Source: Bacteroidales bacterium (GTDB taxonomy: Bacteria > Bacteroidota > Bacteroidia > Bacteroidales > CAIWKO01). Taken from it: a stretch of 64,000 nt of DNA. Position 1 is the first letter of the stretch; the number at the start of each line of letters is the position of its first letter. Made by a program: the position numbers and the translations under genes. The DNA lies in the NCBI GenBank assembly GCA_035389045.1, contig DAOORA010000010.1, forward strand, positions 1 to 64,000, given 5' to 3'. Positions 1-10,890 of the stretch are shown piece after piece. The notes under the pieces were generated by a model. It saw nothing but the letters and a program-made list of their open reading frames with translations, ran no database searches and had not been told where the DNA came from.

Positions 1-63
1 GCTAAAAAATCCATCATAAATCTTATGTAACATAAAATCAAAACAGTTTCTAAGAAAATGAAT

Positions 64-792
64 TTATTTTTGGATCCCGGCAGCTTTCCACTTTCCAAAA
101 TTCAGGTTTATACCTGTGGAAAACATAAATGGCTGGTACTGTATATCAAAATAGGTATCCAAAGGAACGGAAAACCCTATCTGTACAAAATATTTCACCC
201 ATTTATAACCGGCCCTGGCCGTAAGCGCCGGCTCCCAGAAAAAAGCCCGCGTATGATAAAAAGTTCTGTTGGAGTTATAAATATCATTAAACGATAAGTA
301 AGATATGCGTGTAGCCAGGTTTACATCTGCATAGTCGGTGCCAATGCCAACCGATGGTTGCATAAAAAACCTGTTGTAATTACCTTCGGATGTTCCTCCG
401 AAAGATCTAAACCAGCGATTGGTCGTAGAGGAAGTTCCCAAACCGCCGCCACCGTATACGTCAAACCTTCCGATTCCACCAAATGTGGTATGATATCCGG
501 CGCCAATTTCGCCAAATAAATGCTTATGGTTGGAGGTGATATCTGCATCCTCCGCATTAGCAGAACTATTGTAAAAACTACCATCAACCATGATCCCCCA
601 GTTTTTGCCCGGAGAAAAAGCAGCTTCAATATCAAGACCTGAAGAGCCTACTAAAACAGATCCGTTAAACTCGTTTTTTTCTGTCAGCATAGGTGCATGC
701 ACGGCGTTCGGAACATATAAAATCCGGCACGAATACAGACTGGTTATTAATAGCAAAATCGTCACACGAATAAATAACCGGTTTCTTTTCAT
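64..792 (-). CDS. Outer-membrane beta-barrel-like lipoprotein, function unknown
   Basis: Signal peptide with lipobox (LYSC), alternating aromatic beta-strands, C-terminal GINLNF-type strand. Confidence 0.6.
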   Translation of the reverse strand: MKRNRLFIRVTILLLITSLYSCRILYVPNAVHAPMLTEKNEFNGSVLVGSSGLDIEAAFSPGKNWGIMVDGSFYNSSANAEDADITSNHKHLFGEIGAGYHTTFGGIGRFDVYGGGGLGTSSTTNRWFRSFGGTSEGNYNRFFMQPSVGIGTDYADVNLATRISYLSFNDIYNSNRTFYHTRAFFWEPALTARAGYKWVKYFVQIGFSVPLDTYFDIQYQPFMFSTGINLNFGKWKAAGIQK

Positions 793-824
793 TGTAATGG
801 TTATTGACTAATAAATAGTATTTT

Positions 825-1691
825 TTAAAATATGATCATCTTTGAAAACCTGTTCCAGTTCACAATAAAAGCGCCGGGCATTTCTTTGATCATTTTCCGG
901 AGGATATTTTCTGCTGCAAAGTGTTTCCTGTATTTGCCTATGACGAGGTGATACCGCATGTTGACAGAAAAGTCGTAAAAAACAAACACTTCCAGCTTGT
1001 AGCGGCCTTTAAAATAACGTATAGCAGTCCTGCAAAAATCAGGATTTTTAAATGAAGCAACATGAATACTATACCAGTTTAAACCATTACATTCCGTAAA
1101 ATCTCCATACACACATCTGTAGCCCGGCAATTCAGGGGTGGAGCTCTTGCTTTTCGGTTTAAGGTTTGTGGTTGATCCATACCGGGAGTGTCCGGTACTG
1201 ATTTCAGGCTGCATAACAGGTTTTATAACGGCCGGACTTACAGAGTCAAAACTTTGGCTAAGCAGCACATCAGGTTTCCGGACAACAATGCATTTATCGG
1301 GCCTGTTCACCGGTAAAACGCTTTTTCTTATTACCGGTATGTAATAATCAGGAATATGCAGAAGCTGTCCTTGTTCGGGTTTTGAATAATATCCTTTTTT
1401 ATAACCTCTGGATGTTGGTGCAACATATTGATTGTATGTTTCATATTGATTATGATTTTCATACTGATTACTGGCAGGCACGGACGAGGCCGGGGCGTTG
1501 TTTGTTGGTGCACTGACCTGCTGATAAGTTGCCGGCGCATGTCCCATAGTTATACTGGTTTTCTGAGCATCGCCAGCCGGACAGGAGGTGTGTGATGAAT
1601 AGGTGTTACTGACACTTTTCTGAATATTCGACTGTGCTGCAACAAAATAACCAATAGAAAACAAAACTATAAAATGTATTAATTTTTTCAT
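825..1691 (-). CDS. Secreted protein with C-terminal SPOR (peptidoglycan-binding) domain
   Basis: Signal peptide, low-complexity S/P/T linker, C-terminal YSIHVASF...YHLVIGKY...GAFIV SPOR pattern. Confidence 0.7.
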   Translation of the reverse strand: MKKLIHFIVLFSIGYFVAAQSNIQKSVSNTYSSHTSCPAGDAQKTSITMGHAPATYQQVSAPTNNAPASSVPASNQYENHNQYETYNQYVAPTSRGYKKGYYSKPEQGQLLHIPDYYIPVIRKSVLPVNRPDKCIVVRKPDVLLSQSFDSVSPAVIKPVMQPEISTGHSRYGSTTNLKPKSKSSTPELPGYRCVYGDFTECNGLNWYSIHVASFKNPDFCRTAIRYFKGRYKLEVFVFYDFSVNMRYHLVIGKYRKHFAAENILRKMIKEMPGAFIVNWNRFSKMIIF

Positions 1692-1767
1692 TTTCAGGGA
1701 TTTTCTAATTTTTTAGAGGCAGTACAAATTGCCACAAAAATTGAGCCATTGGATAAGTACTTTATTA

Positions 1768-3165
1768 TTAATCATATCTGTATAAAATAAATACATTTAC
1801 CCTTCCGTCAACCGAAAACTCTACTATTTTCCCGATCCCGGGAATTTGTTCAATAGATGAAGTTGTAGTACCTGAAGTGTGCAGCGCAAACCAATCATCC
1901 CATATGATCAGGTCGCCCCTGCAAAGTTCATCAAGATTTCCGGTTTTTAATTCTAAATGTTTGGTTTTATCAAAATAGTCAATGCCAAACGTTTCCGAAA
2001 AATATGGGTAGGAATAATACAGTTTACCGATTGTTCGGAAATTACTCGTAACAAACTTTGTCACTTCCCGTGCACATTTTTGACTTTCGTCCAGAGACAG
2101 GTCTTTTTTGAAATTTAATGCTGCCGGATTCTTTGTAAATGGGAACAGACAGATAAAAATTACAATAAGCAGTTGAATGACAGATTTTAAGTTTCTGTGG
2201 ATACTTTTTTGCTCCGTAATAAAGTTGAATCCTTGAAGAGAAATAATAGCTATCAGCGGTAGGATGCCGATCAGCACGCGTTTCAGTCCCATCGAGTTAA
2301 AAATACCCAAAGCCCAGAAAAGACTGTGTGCAAAAATAAAAGTTACAGCACAACCCATTACCAACAGGGTGTTTTCTGAGATCATTTTTTCTTTTTTTCT
2401 GATCCAAAGAGAAATATAACTTACTATCCCCAACCAGAAAAGTATATAGACAGGCACGCCCGCCACATACATCAATTGAGTCACAAAATGTAATGCATTG
2501 CCGCTTCCGTAGGCACTCGATAATCTCGTATAAGGTATTTTACTGAAAACCCATAAAAAATCATGATGAATGAAAAATCCGGCTATGGAATACAACACAT
2601 GCCCGCACAAAAGAAATAACAGGCATTTCCATTTTTTTCTGACAACAAAATACAATGCAAAAATTACCAGTATCATCAATCCCTCAGAACGTACAAAGGG
2701 CATGAAGGAAATGACAATGGCAGCAGACAGTGGCTTTTGCTTCAATACCAAGTAAATACCAGTGATCAGGAAAAGTGCAAACAGAGGTTCGGTCAGTCCT
2801 GAGAACGTCTGTGCATATGCATAAGGTGCAAAGATCATCAACAAAGCAACTACCTCAGCATTTTTGATTTTCAATAAATTACAGGACAGATACGTAATAT
2901 ATAGTGCAGTGGCAGTTACCACCAGGTTAAACAACTTCATCCCGTTGAAACCAAATTGTGCAAAGGGCGAGCTTAAGAGCACAAACACTGGTTTTGCCCA
3001 ATGATCGAAAAAATTTCCGGGATGCTGAAGCGCATACCTTGCAAATAAATAATGCAGCATACTGTCACCGGCATCACCTGTACCATCGTAATACCAAATC
3101 GTCAGTATGCCACAGGCCAGGTATAATAACAAAATGATATATATTAGATACTTCTTTATCTGCAT
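1768..3165 (-). CDS. Polytopic membrane protein, probable GT-C fold glycosyltransferase
   Basis: 465 aa with many TM segments, an acidic first loop (DAGDS) and LTEPLF / VRSEG motifs typical of GT-C enzymes. Confidence 0.6.
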   Translation of the reverse strand: MQIKKYLIYIILLLYLACGILTIWYYDGTGDAGDSMLHYLFARYALQHPGNFFDHWAKPVFVLLSSPFAQFGFNGMKLFNLVVTATALYITYLSCNLLKIKNAEVVALLMIFAPYAYAQTFSGLTEPLFALFLITGIYLVLKQKPLSAAIVISFMPFVRSEGLMILVIFALYFVVRKKWKCLLFLLCGHVLYSIAGFFIHHDFLWVFSKIPYTRLSSAYGSGNALHFVTQLMYVAGVPVYILFWLGIVSYISLWIRKKEKMISENTLLVMGCAVTFIFAHSLFWALGIFNSMGLKRVLIGILPLIAIISLQGFNFITEQKSIHRNLKSVIQLLIVIFICLFPFTKNPAALNFKKDLSLDESQKCAREVTKFVTSNFRTIGKLYYSYPYFSETFGIDYFDKTKHLELKTGNLDELCRGDLIIWDDWFALHTSGTTTSSIEQIPGIGKIVEFSVDGRVNVFILYRYD

Positions 3166-3192
3166 ACTGTCTGATTCAGCGATTTTTCGTTC

Positions 3193-3678
3193 TTAGAGCC
3201 ATGATTTTTTATCATATAAGATCTGATCGATGCAAATGGTCAGGGCAATGATAAAAGCATCGTTTTCACCTGTGGATATTTCTACACCATAAGTATCAGC
3301 AAAGGCAAACCATGTTTTAGAAACACATGCCACAACCGTGTCTGCCCTCACAATGGTGAACTCATGCGACAGGACATCTCCGGCGATAAAATAAGGTGTT
3401 CCATTTTGATCAATCTCAATTCTGGCCTTAAGAAATGCCAGTTTTTTCCTGAGTACCGCAAATAATTGATCACCCTTATATATTTCGTATACTGGAAGGA
3501 TTTTAAACAACTTCTGTTCAATGTAAAACAATGAGTTACCATGAACATCTTCCAGATATAGTTTTCTTCCCAGCGTAAAATACTTTGAAGTCACGAAGAA
3601 TTTATCATTTTCATATTCATCCTTTATCGTAAAACGATCAGCTAACGACCAAACTTTTTGTTTGATGATATACCGCAT
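3193..3678 (-). CDS. LURP-one-related / tubby-C-like protein
   Basis: IKQKVWSLADRFTIKD start and VSKTWF..DTYGVEI motif. Confidence 0.85.
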   Translation of the reverse strand: MRYIIKQKVWSLADRFTIKDEYENDKFFVTSKYFTLGRKLYLEDVHGNSLFYIEQKLFKILPVYEIYKGDQLFAVLRKKLAFLKARIEIDQNGTPYFIAGDVLSHEFTIVRADTVVACVSKTWFAFADTYGVEISTGENDAFIIALTICIDQILYDKKSWL

Positions 3679-3804
3679 TTTTTTGTACTTTTATAATGCA
3701 AAGATATGGTATTATATTCTTTCTTCCGAACTCATGCATGGCTGGACTGTTTTTAATAAAAAAAATGTTGATACCAGGATCAGGGTTTCATAAAAAGCAA
3801 AAAA

Positions 3805-4242
3805 ATGAAAAAAATTACCACACTCATATTCGTAATTCTTCTCAGCCATACAGGCAACAGGCTGAATGCCCAGGAAGATGAACAATATCAAAAAAAAGAC
3901 TCCATAATTACGTATAGTGAACTGAGTACGGATGAAGCGCGCCAGGCATGGAACGACATGACCGACCAATGGCTGTCGTGTTGTTTTTATGATTGCCTCA
4001 AGCAGAGCAATATCAAACTCAGTTGTGCCCGATGCTCAAAAGTTCTGCTCACTGTGGATCTGCAGATAGACAGCAGCGGCTTGATCAGCCAGTACAGAAT
4101 CATCAGGGAGAATCGTTGCGGCAGCCCCTTTACGGAAAAACTCAGGCAGTGTTTTCTTGAGTTCTTTATTAATGCCATATTTCCTGAAAACCTAAGACAC
4201 ATAGTGTTCGAAATTAATATAGGCAATGGATTAAAATGCTAA
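3805..4242 (+). CDS. Secreted Cys-rich hypothetical protein
   Basis: MKK signal peptide, 8 Cys; the central VDLQIDSSGLI segment is reminiscent of a TonB C-terminal fold. Confidence 0.55.
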   Translation: MKKITTLIFVILLSHTGNRLNAQEDEQYQKKDSIITYSELSTDEARQAWNDMTDQWLSCCFYDCLKQSNIKLSCARCSKVLLTVDLQIDSSGLISQYRIIRENRCGSPFTEKLRQCFLEFFINAIFPENLRHIVFEINIGNGLKC

Positions 4243-4338
4243 TTTTACGCTGAAATTGTTCATGCCCGTTAATGCAGCATTTTCTGCTTACTATGCTGGA
4301 TTAATGTATTTCCGGGTAATCTGATAGAAAAAATTAGT

Positions 4339-4833
4339 ATGACGCGCATTGGCCTGCTATCCGACACGCATTGTTTTCTTCATGACAAGATATTTGAATT
4401 CTTTGCATCCTGCGACCAGCTATGGCATGCCGGCGATATCGGCAACATGGAAACCGCCGACCGTCTTGAAAAATTTAAGCCCCTGATTGCCGTCTATGGC
4501 AATATCGACGGACAGGAACTCCGGCTCCGTTTCCCCGTCAGACAACTGATCAGGGTGGAACAGCAACGTATATTTATCACTCATATCGGTGGTACACCCG
4601 GCAGGTATCATGAAGATGCCAAAAGAATAATAGAAAATACGGGGCCCGGCATTTTTGTTTGCGGCCATTCCCACATCTGCAAAATACAATACGATCATAA
4701 ACATAAACTAATGTACCTTAACCCCGGCGCTGCAGGCAAATACGGTTTTCATCTGAAGATCACCCTGCTGCGCTTTGTGATTGAGGGCGGCACTATTAAA
4801 GATATGGAAATCCTTGAATTGGAAAAGCACTGA
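4339..4833 (+). CDS. Metallophosphoesterase, YfcE/MJ0936 family
   Basis: SDTH, HAGD, GNID, GHSH and NPG motifs. Confidence 0.9.
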   Translation: MTRIGLLSDTHCFLHDKIFEFFASCDQLWHAGDIGNMETADRLEKFKPLIAVYGNIDGQELRLRFPVRQLIRVEQQRIFITHIGGTPGRYHEDAKRIIENTGPGIFVCGHSHICKIQYDHKHKLMYLNPGAAGKYGFHLKITLLRFVIEGGTIKDMEILELEKH

Positions 4834-4906
4834 TTTTTTGCGCCACATCAGACATTAAAGGAAATTATATCTGCAGAAAAGGCGAATATATTTTATTGAG
4901 TGCCTG

Positions 4907-5350
4907 TTAGCGGAGCCGGTCGGAAGAATTAACCATCTTTTCATCCTTCCTGATAGCACGGTAGGCAAGGACAATCAACACCAGAGGAATCAGAGCAATA
5001 TACATACCGGTCTGGTAGGCGGCCACAGTTCCCAGTTTTTTTGCCACAAAGTCAGCTGAATAAAATACAGCGGCGATAAATCCCATATGAACCAACAGCG
5101 TTACAGCAGTTATTCTTATCTGCAACAGACGTTTTTTGAACAGAAATATGGTTACAAGACATGTAATTGCCAATAATCCGTCAACAATCATCAGAGGAAA
5201 GGTGCTGTTGCTTTTGGCATTTGTGATTTCCAGCAATGAAAAAGAACTCACGGTATCCTGATGAACAAATTCGGCTATTGGAAAGAAAAACAATAAGACA
5301 TAAGCCACAACGGCAAGCAGCAGGTAAAGACTTTGAATGCGCTGTATCAT
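4907..5350 (-). CDS. DUF4293 family membrane protein
   Basis: MIQRIQSLYL start, IFLFKKRLLQ, AIRKDEKMV..SDRLR end; four TM segments. Confidence 0.9.
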   Translation of the reverse strand: MIQRIQSLYLLLAVVAYVLLFFFPIAEFVHQDTVSSFSLLEITNAKSNSTFPLMIVDGLLAITCLVTIFLFKKRLLQIRITAVTLLVHMGFIAAVFYSADFVAKKLGTVAAYQTGMYIALIPLVLIVLAYRAIRKDEKMVNSSDRLR

Positions 5351-5497
5351 AGTTTTTTTTACAAAAATACTCTTTTCGGTAATTTTGCCGGGAGAAAATT
5401 CCCATTTTTTTTAATAAGCTTGAAAAAAATCTGTATTAATTGTTTATTTTTACACAAACAATTAGCATTTTTGTACTAAAATTTAAAAACTGAGTTT

Positions 5498-6511
5498 TTG
5501 AGAAAAATTTTTATCCTCATAATTTTTTCCATGATTGCTGCTGAGGTGCTCAGCCAGGATGTTCATTATTCTCAGTATTATGCGGCGCCGCTCCAGCTTA
5601 ATCCGGCCAATGCCGGCCTGATAAAGGGCCGGTTCCGTGTGGGCATCAACTCAAAGAGCCAGTGGAGTTCAGTTACCAAGCCTTATCAGAATATTGCAGC
5701 ATATTTTGATATGCAGGCTGTGCGGCGCAAATACCGCAAAGATGCCCTGGGTGCCGGTATCGTATTCAATGCCGACATCGCCGGCGATTCAAAATACTCA
5801 ATAATTAATTCAGGACTGGCCATATCCTACATCAAATCCCTCTCTTACCAGAACAATAATTTTATTGCTGTCGGCGTGATGCCCGGCATCATTCAACAAA
5901 GCATTGACTATACTGCACTCTATTACGACAACCAATATAATGGTAACTATTATGATCCGGATATCGATCACGGGGAAGAGTACGGGAGACGAAGTTTTAT
6001 CAATTTCGACCTTGCCGCCGGAGCACATTGGGTATATCAGCATACTAAAAACAGCTCTTATTATGCCGGCTATTCGGCTTTCCACCTCACACGGCCCAGG
6101 GTGAGTTATATGAATGATGACAACATCAGGCTGGGTATTAAACACACGCTTTACGGAGGTTCCCGGTTCACTGTAGGACAGGATCTGGATATGATCCCGA
6201 GCATCATGGCATCCTTTCAGCAACCCTATTCGGAAATAGTGTTTGGTACGTTGCTGAAGTATAACCGGAGCAAACATTTTCTCGACCAGACCTCTATAAA
6301 TCTGGGCGTATTCGGACGTGTTTCGGATGCCCTGATCGTGGTGGCAGGATTTGATTATAAAAATATCAATTTCGGCGTCAGTTACGACATCAATTTATCA
6401 CGGTTGAAACCTGCCAGCCATGTCAGAGGCGGATTTGAGTTTTCAATAAGCTACTGTTACGATAAGAACAAATACAAACGAATCAGAGAGATCCCATGTC
6501 CAATTTTTTGA
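5498..6511 (+). CDS. PorP/SprF family type IX secretion system membrane protein
   Basis: QDVHYSQYY.APLQLNPANAG N-terminus and GVSYDINLS..GGFEFSISY C-terminus. Confidence 0.9.
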   Translation: MRKIFILIIFSMIAAEVLSQDVHYSQYYAAPLQLNPANAGLIKGRFRVGINSKSQWSSVTKPYQNIAAYFDMQAVRRKYRKDALGAGIVFNADIAGDSKYSIINSGLAISYIKSLSYQNNNFIAVGVMPGIIQQSIDYTALYYDNQYNGNYYDPDIDHGEEYGRRSFINFDLAAGAHWVYQHTKNSSYYAGYSAFHLTRPRVSYMNDDNIRLGIKHTLYGGSRFTVGQDLDMIPSIMASFQQPYSEIVFGTLLKYNRSKHFLDQTSINLGVFGRVSDALIVVAGFDYKNINFGVSYDINLSRLKPASHVRGGFEFSISYCYDKNKYKRIREIPCPIF

Positions 6512-6516
6512 TAAAT

Positions 6517-8853
6517 ATGAAACTCTGGAATTTACATATAATATTTCTCATTTTATTTGGTGGGTTATTCCTGTTTCAGGCTGAAACTACCCGTTCGCAA
6601 AACTATGAAGAAAGCATCAGCATCGGCGACGAAGCTTTTAAAGAAGGAGATTATTATTCGGCTTCCACCTTTTATAACAATGCACTGTGGCATGATTCCT
6701 CCGATTTAAAACTTGCATACAAATGTGCCGAAGCCAACCGTTTTTTCAATAATTATCAGCAGGCACGGCGGTGGTACAATTATGTCTTTAATGCCGACTC
6801 AAAAAAAGAACTGCCCCTGTCGCAGTTTTATCTTGGACTGATGGAGAAATCGCTGGGCAATTATACCGAGGCACTACTACAATTCAGGGCTTATTATAAT
6901 GAAAATATAAATAAAGCCGATGAATTTTTCATCGAAAAAGCCCGTAACGAAATTATTGCCTGTCAGGATGCCCCGAAGATCATTGCAGATAAAAAAAATG
7001 TAGTTATTCAACATCTTGCCGAAACCTCGGTAAACACGGAATTTTCAGAATTCAACGCCGTTCAGCTCAGCGATACCGCATTGGTTTTTTCAGCCCTTAA
7101 ACCCGTTTCGCAGGGGAGTTTCGATGCCTATATTCCCAATGCATACATATCAAAGATATATATGGCCAGGGCTACTGTTTCGGGCTGGGACAAAGCCATC
7201 GAACTCGACGCTAAGATCAATGATAAAGCGACTCATAATGCTAATATCTGTTTTTCCAAAGACCATAAAAAGGTGTTTTTTACCCGTGCCAAAGCTGAAG
7301 ATAACAACAGCCTGAAAGCGGAAATTTATGTTTCGGAACTCACCGACGGTAAATGGCAAAAAGCGAAAAAACTTTCAGAAAAAATAAATCTGGAAGGTTA
7401 CACCTCCACACATCCCTGTTTCGTGGAAACCAGCGATTATAACATGCTGTACTTCGTTTCCAACCGCCCGGGAGGTATAGGCGGACTCGACATCTGGTAC
7501 TGCCTTGTCAAAGACGGCGTGTTTCAGGATCCTGTCAACCTTGGCAGTCTGATTAACACTCCCGGCGATGAGATCACACCTTTTTACTTTGACAGCACGC
7601 AGATGCTTTATTTCAGTTCCGACTACCACAAAGGGCTCGGAGGTTTTGATGTTTTTTATTCACAGGGACACTTCAATACCTGGTCGCTGCCGCTCAACAT
7701 CGGATATCCGATAAACAGCAGTTGCAACGACACCTATTTCACGGTGACAGAAGTAGATAACGATGGCTATTTCACATCTAACCGCCCGGGCTCGCTATCC
7801 ATCAAAAGCGAAACATGCTGCTATGACATCTATTCCTATGAATGGCAGGATACGGTCAAACCCAAACCGGTGGTAATCGTTCCGGTGGACATACCCAAAG
7901 ATACTGTCATCATTGAAGAACCCATTAAACCCACACTTCCGCTCACCCTGTACTTTCATAATGATGAACCGGATCCCCGGTCGAATGATACAACTACAAA
8001 ACAAAACTACCAGGACCTGCTGAACAGCTACTATGCCATGAAAGGCAACTATACCGAAGAATATTCCGGGGGGCTGTCAGGCCATGAGAAGTCCAAAGCC
8101 GAAAAGGATATCCATGATTTCTTCGAAAATTATGTTGCCAAAGGGTTTACGCAACTTGAACTTTTTGCCAAAATGCTGCAAAACGACCTGTCGCGCGGCA
8201 ACAGCATCAAAATCAAGATCAAGGGTTTCTGCAGCCCGCTGCACACCTCGAACTACAATTACAGGCTTTCCAAAAGACGCATAGCTTCCGTAGTCAATTT
8301 TCTGAAGGAATACCAAAGCGGCGCATTGCTTGAATATCTCAACGGTACCGCACGTAATGGCGCCAAACTTACCATCATCCGCGATCCGCTGGGTAAATCA
8401 ACCGCCAGCCTGCTGGTGAGTGACAACCCCAATGACCAGCGCAATTCTGTTTACAGCCGTGCCGCTGCTTTTGAACGTAAAGTTCAGATTATTCTCTATG
8501 AAAGTGATCACCAGGGTTTGCCAGCAGCCGGAAATTTTCCGGATATTCTTTTTACTGAAAAAGTTTTTGATTTCGGTTCTGTTACACAAGGCAGCGAAAC
8601 CGCTATCACAATAAAGTTTAAGAACACGGGCAAAGCCCCGCTGACCATTGCGGGCATCGAAACCAGCTGCAGTTGCATCACCGCCGACAGGCCCATAGAA
8701 GCCCTTGCCCCCGGAAAGGAAGGGTCGATGAAACTATCATTCAATACCAGCGAAGATGCGGGAAAATACAAAGAAACCATCACCATTTACACCAATACAC
8801 CCAAAGCAAAATACATTATCCCGGTTCATGCCGTCCTGCTGCCGAAAAACTGA
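6517..8853 (+). CDS. PorE-like protein: TPR + PD40/WD40 propeller + OmpA-like domain + C-terminal DUF1573 Ig-like domain
   Basis: TPR helices, YFVSNRPGGIGGLDIW and LYFSSDYH.GLGGFDVF PD40 repeats, NYRLSKRR OmpA-like motif, FDFG...SCSC DUF1573; directly follows porP. ATG 6517 chosen as start. Confidence 0.8.
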   Translation: MKLWNLHIIFLILFGGLFLFQAETTRSQNYEESISIGDEAFKEGDYYSASTFYNNALWHDSSDLKLAYKCAEANRFFNNYQQARRWYNYVFNADSKKELPLSQFYLGLMEKSLGNYTEALLQFRAYYNENINKADEFFIEKARNEIIACQDAPKIIADKKNVVIQHLAETSVNTEFSEFNAVQLSDTALVFSALKPVSQGSFDAYIPNAYISKIYMARATVSGWDKAIELDAKINDKATHNANICFSKDHKKVFFTRAKAEDNNSLKAEIYVSELTDGKWQKAKKLSEKINLEGYTSTHPCFVETSDYNMLYFVSNRPGGIGGLDIWYCLVKDGVFQDPVNLGSLINTPGDEITPFYFDSTQMLYFSSDYHKGLGGFDVFYSQGHFNTWSLPLNIGYPINSSCNDTYFTVTEVDNDGYFTSNRPGSLSIKSETCCYDIYSYEWQDTVKPKPVVIVPVDIPKDTVIIEEPIKPTLPLTLYFHNDEPDPRSNDTTTKQNYQDLLNSYYAMKGNYTEEYSGGLSGHEKSKAEKDIHDFFENYVAKGFTQLELFAKMLQNDLSRGNSIKIKIKGFCSPLHTSNYNYRLSKRRIASVVNFLKEYQSGALLEYLNGTARNGAKLTIIRDPLGKSTASLLVSDNPNDQRNSVYSRAAAFERKVQIILYESDHQGLPAAGNFPDILFTEKVFDFGSVTQGSETAITIKFKNTGKAPLTIAGIETSCSCITADRPIEALAPGKEGSMKLSFNTSEDAGKYKETITIYTNTPKAKYIIPVHAVLLPKN

Positions 8854-9601
8854 TCTGCTGTACTTTCTTTTTACCATCGTGATGCTGCCAGCCATGTTGG
8901 GAGTTTCATGCCATTCACCTGAAAATAAATATGAGTTAAACGCTCCAAATTCCTCGCACAACAAGCCTTCGGAGGATACTACGGAAGGCATTTCGGCCAT
9001 TGAACTGGAGATGATCCATATGGGGCTTACAGATATTCAGAATGCGGACACCAACATTCAGGTTGATATCAGGTATTCCACAACGGATAATTTTCTGAAA
9101 ACCGACATCTACGGTGAATACGATAAAGCATACTTGCAGGCGGAGGTGGCTGACAAATTAAAAATAGCACAGGCCGGTCTTGCTGAATTGCAGCCCGGCT
9201 ACAGCCTTGTCGTTTTTGATGCTGCCCGTCCGTTAATTTTCCAGAAGATGATCTGGGATTCCCTGAAGCTGCCGGTATGGGAAAAGGGAAAATTTGCCTC
9301 TAATCCGGCCAGAGGATCCTTACATAATTTCGGCGCCGCCGTTGATCTGAGCATCCTTGATGAGGAGGGCAAAGAATTAGACATGGGAACACCCTACGAC
9401 TTTATGGGCGCTTTGGCCTATCCGGTCATGGAAACAAAATTTCTTGCCGATGGCAGCCTCACTCAACAACAGGTCGACAACAGAAAACTGCTGAGACAGG
9501 TGATGCATAAGGCAGGATTTTTCAATATACAGACGGAATGGTGGCACTTTAATTCGTGCACACGGGCTGAGGCCTGGATTAAGTATAAGATAATTGAATA
9601 A
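8828..9601 (+). CDS. ddpX: D-alanyl-D-alanine dipeptidase (peptidase M15D, VanX-like), probable lipoprotein
   Basis: SLHNFGAAVD and EWWHF zinc motifs, LDMGTPYD. Start uncertain (8756/8828/8882). Confidence 0.85.
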   Translation: MPSCCRKTDLLYFLFTIVMLPAMLGVSCHSPENKYELNAPNSSHNKPSEDTTEGISAIELEMIHMGLTDIQNADTNIQVDIRYSTTDNFLKTDIYGEYDKAYLQAEVADKLKIAQAGLAELQPGYSLVVFDAARPLIFQKMIWDSLKLPVWEKGKFASNPARGSLHNFGAAVDLSILDEEGKELDMGTPYDFMGALAYPVMETKFLADGSLTQQQVDNRKLLRQVMHKAGFFNIQTEWWHFNSCTRAEAWIKYKIIE

Positions 9602-9672
9602 TACCCATATATTCTCTGTTATGGTCAATATGGGCATTAGCACTTTGAACTCACAAAGCTGCTCTGTCGGTA

Positions 9673-10890
9673 TTATTTACTTTGCTTCAATTCAAAAACA
9701 GCGCCTTTGACTGATTTTCCTCCATCTGAATAATATACCATCAGGAATTTTGTTTCTGAAATACTCACAATGGAAGGATATCCACATTCGTCTTCTCCGT
9801 AGTCCTCCACTATTTGCGGATCCGACCAGCTCCGCCCCTGGTCATAGGAAACCATAAAAGCGGTGTATTCCCTCGTATATTCCTGATTCAACATCCTGAA
9901 AGCAGAAATTAGGCATCCCTCACATTTATAAAGGAAGGGGGCATGACCGATCACGGGTAATTCCGTCCATCCCGACCATGTATGCCCGCCATCGCCCGAG
10001 CGGGACTGCATCATTGGCCCGGCCAGGTAGGGGCTTCCGGTTGCAGTGCGTATGTGCATGAGCATCGTACTGTCATCCAATGCCAGCAGGCAGGGCTCCT
10101 GTAAATAAACGTCTTTCTTTTCACCGGGATGTATCATGTGCTGAACAAATGTTTTTCCCTTATCGGCACTTATAAAGAGTGAAATACGCGATGCCGGTGA
10201 GGTGAATACCGTGTCTCTGCGTAACAGGGGATATCCCCCGTAGGCGGGGATGATCCATTTGTTACCATAGATGATCATTTTGCTTGATGCTGCTTCAACT
10301 TTTATTTCTTTGCCGGACATGGTTTGCCATATGCTCCCTTCAGTTATTGCCTCGGTAATATTCATTTCGCCCGGATCAAGCTGAATGGCTTTCACTATTT
10401 TCAGCGCCGGGAACCGGCAACATCCAAAAAACAAATGATGAACATTCGGAGTTTTATTTTTTATTCCTTTTCTATATTTAAAAAAAACCAGGCCAACGGT
10501 AGAATCGGGCAATACCGTGATGGAGGGATCGCGGTCGTCATAAACCGAATCATCGTAAAAAACCTGCGGCTCTGTCCAGGAGTATCCATCCCTGCTCAGC
10601 TGGCACATTATCCTTCCTGTAGAATCCACATGTCCTGCCCCTTCACGATACACCAGCAGAAAACGTCCGTCGGGAAGCTGGGCCACATCCGGAAAAGCAA
10701 GATGTTTATCCGTAACAGTCCGGATGACAAAAGAGTCAATTTTTATGATCCGTTCATTATGCTTTGTATTTTCTTCATGTACACTATTATCTCGTTTAGA
10801 AATGGATATTGGCGCCGTCTGGTAGATTTGACCGGTACAGCACGAAAAAATAATGACGGATAAAACCAAAAAGCACCAAAATATCTTCAT
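9673..10890 (-). CDS. BNR/Asp-box repeat sialidase-like beta-propeller lipoprotein
   Basis: Asp boxes SRDGYSW, SADKGKTF, SGDGGHTW and SYDQGRSW; AFP and GYPS motifs. Confidence 0.8.
   Translation of the reverse strand: MKIFWCFLVLSVIIFSCCTGQIYQTAPISISKRDNSVHEENTKHNERIIKIDSFVIRTVTDKHLAFPDVAQLPDGRFLLVYREGAGHVDSTGRIMCQLSRDGYSWTEPQVFYDDSVYDDRDPSITVLPDSTVGLVFFKYRKGIKNKTPNVHHLFFGCCRFPALKIVKAIQLDPGEMNITEAITEGSIWQTMSGKEIKVEAASSKMIIYGNKWIIPAYGGYPLLRRDTVFTSPASRISLFISADKGKTFVQHMIHPGEKKDVYLQEPCLLALDDSTMLMHIRTATGSPYLAGPMMQSRSGDGGHTWSGWTELPVIGHAPFLYKCEGCLISAFRMLNQEYTREYTAFMVSYDQGRSWSDPQIVEDYGEDECGYPSIVSISETKFLMVYYSDGGKSVKGAVFELKQSK

Noticed and set aside
1717..1735. Possible sigma54 promoter upstream of the SPOR gene (TGGCAA...TGC on the minus strand)
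   Set aside because: GG-to-GC spacing is 11 rather than the strict 10 nt.
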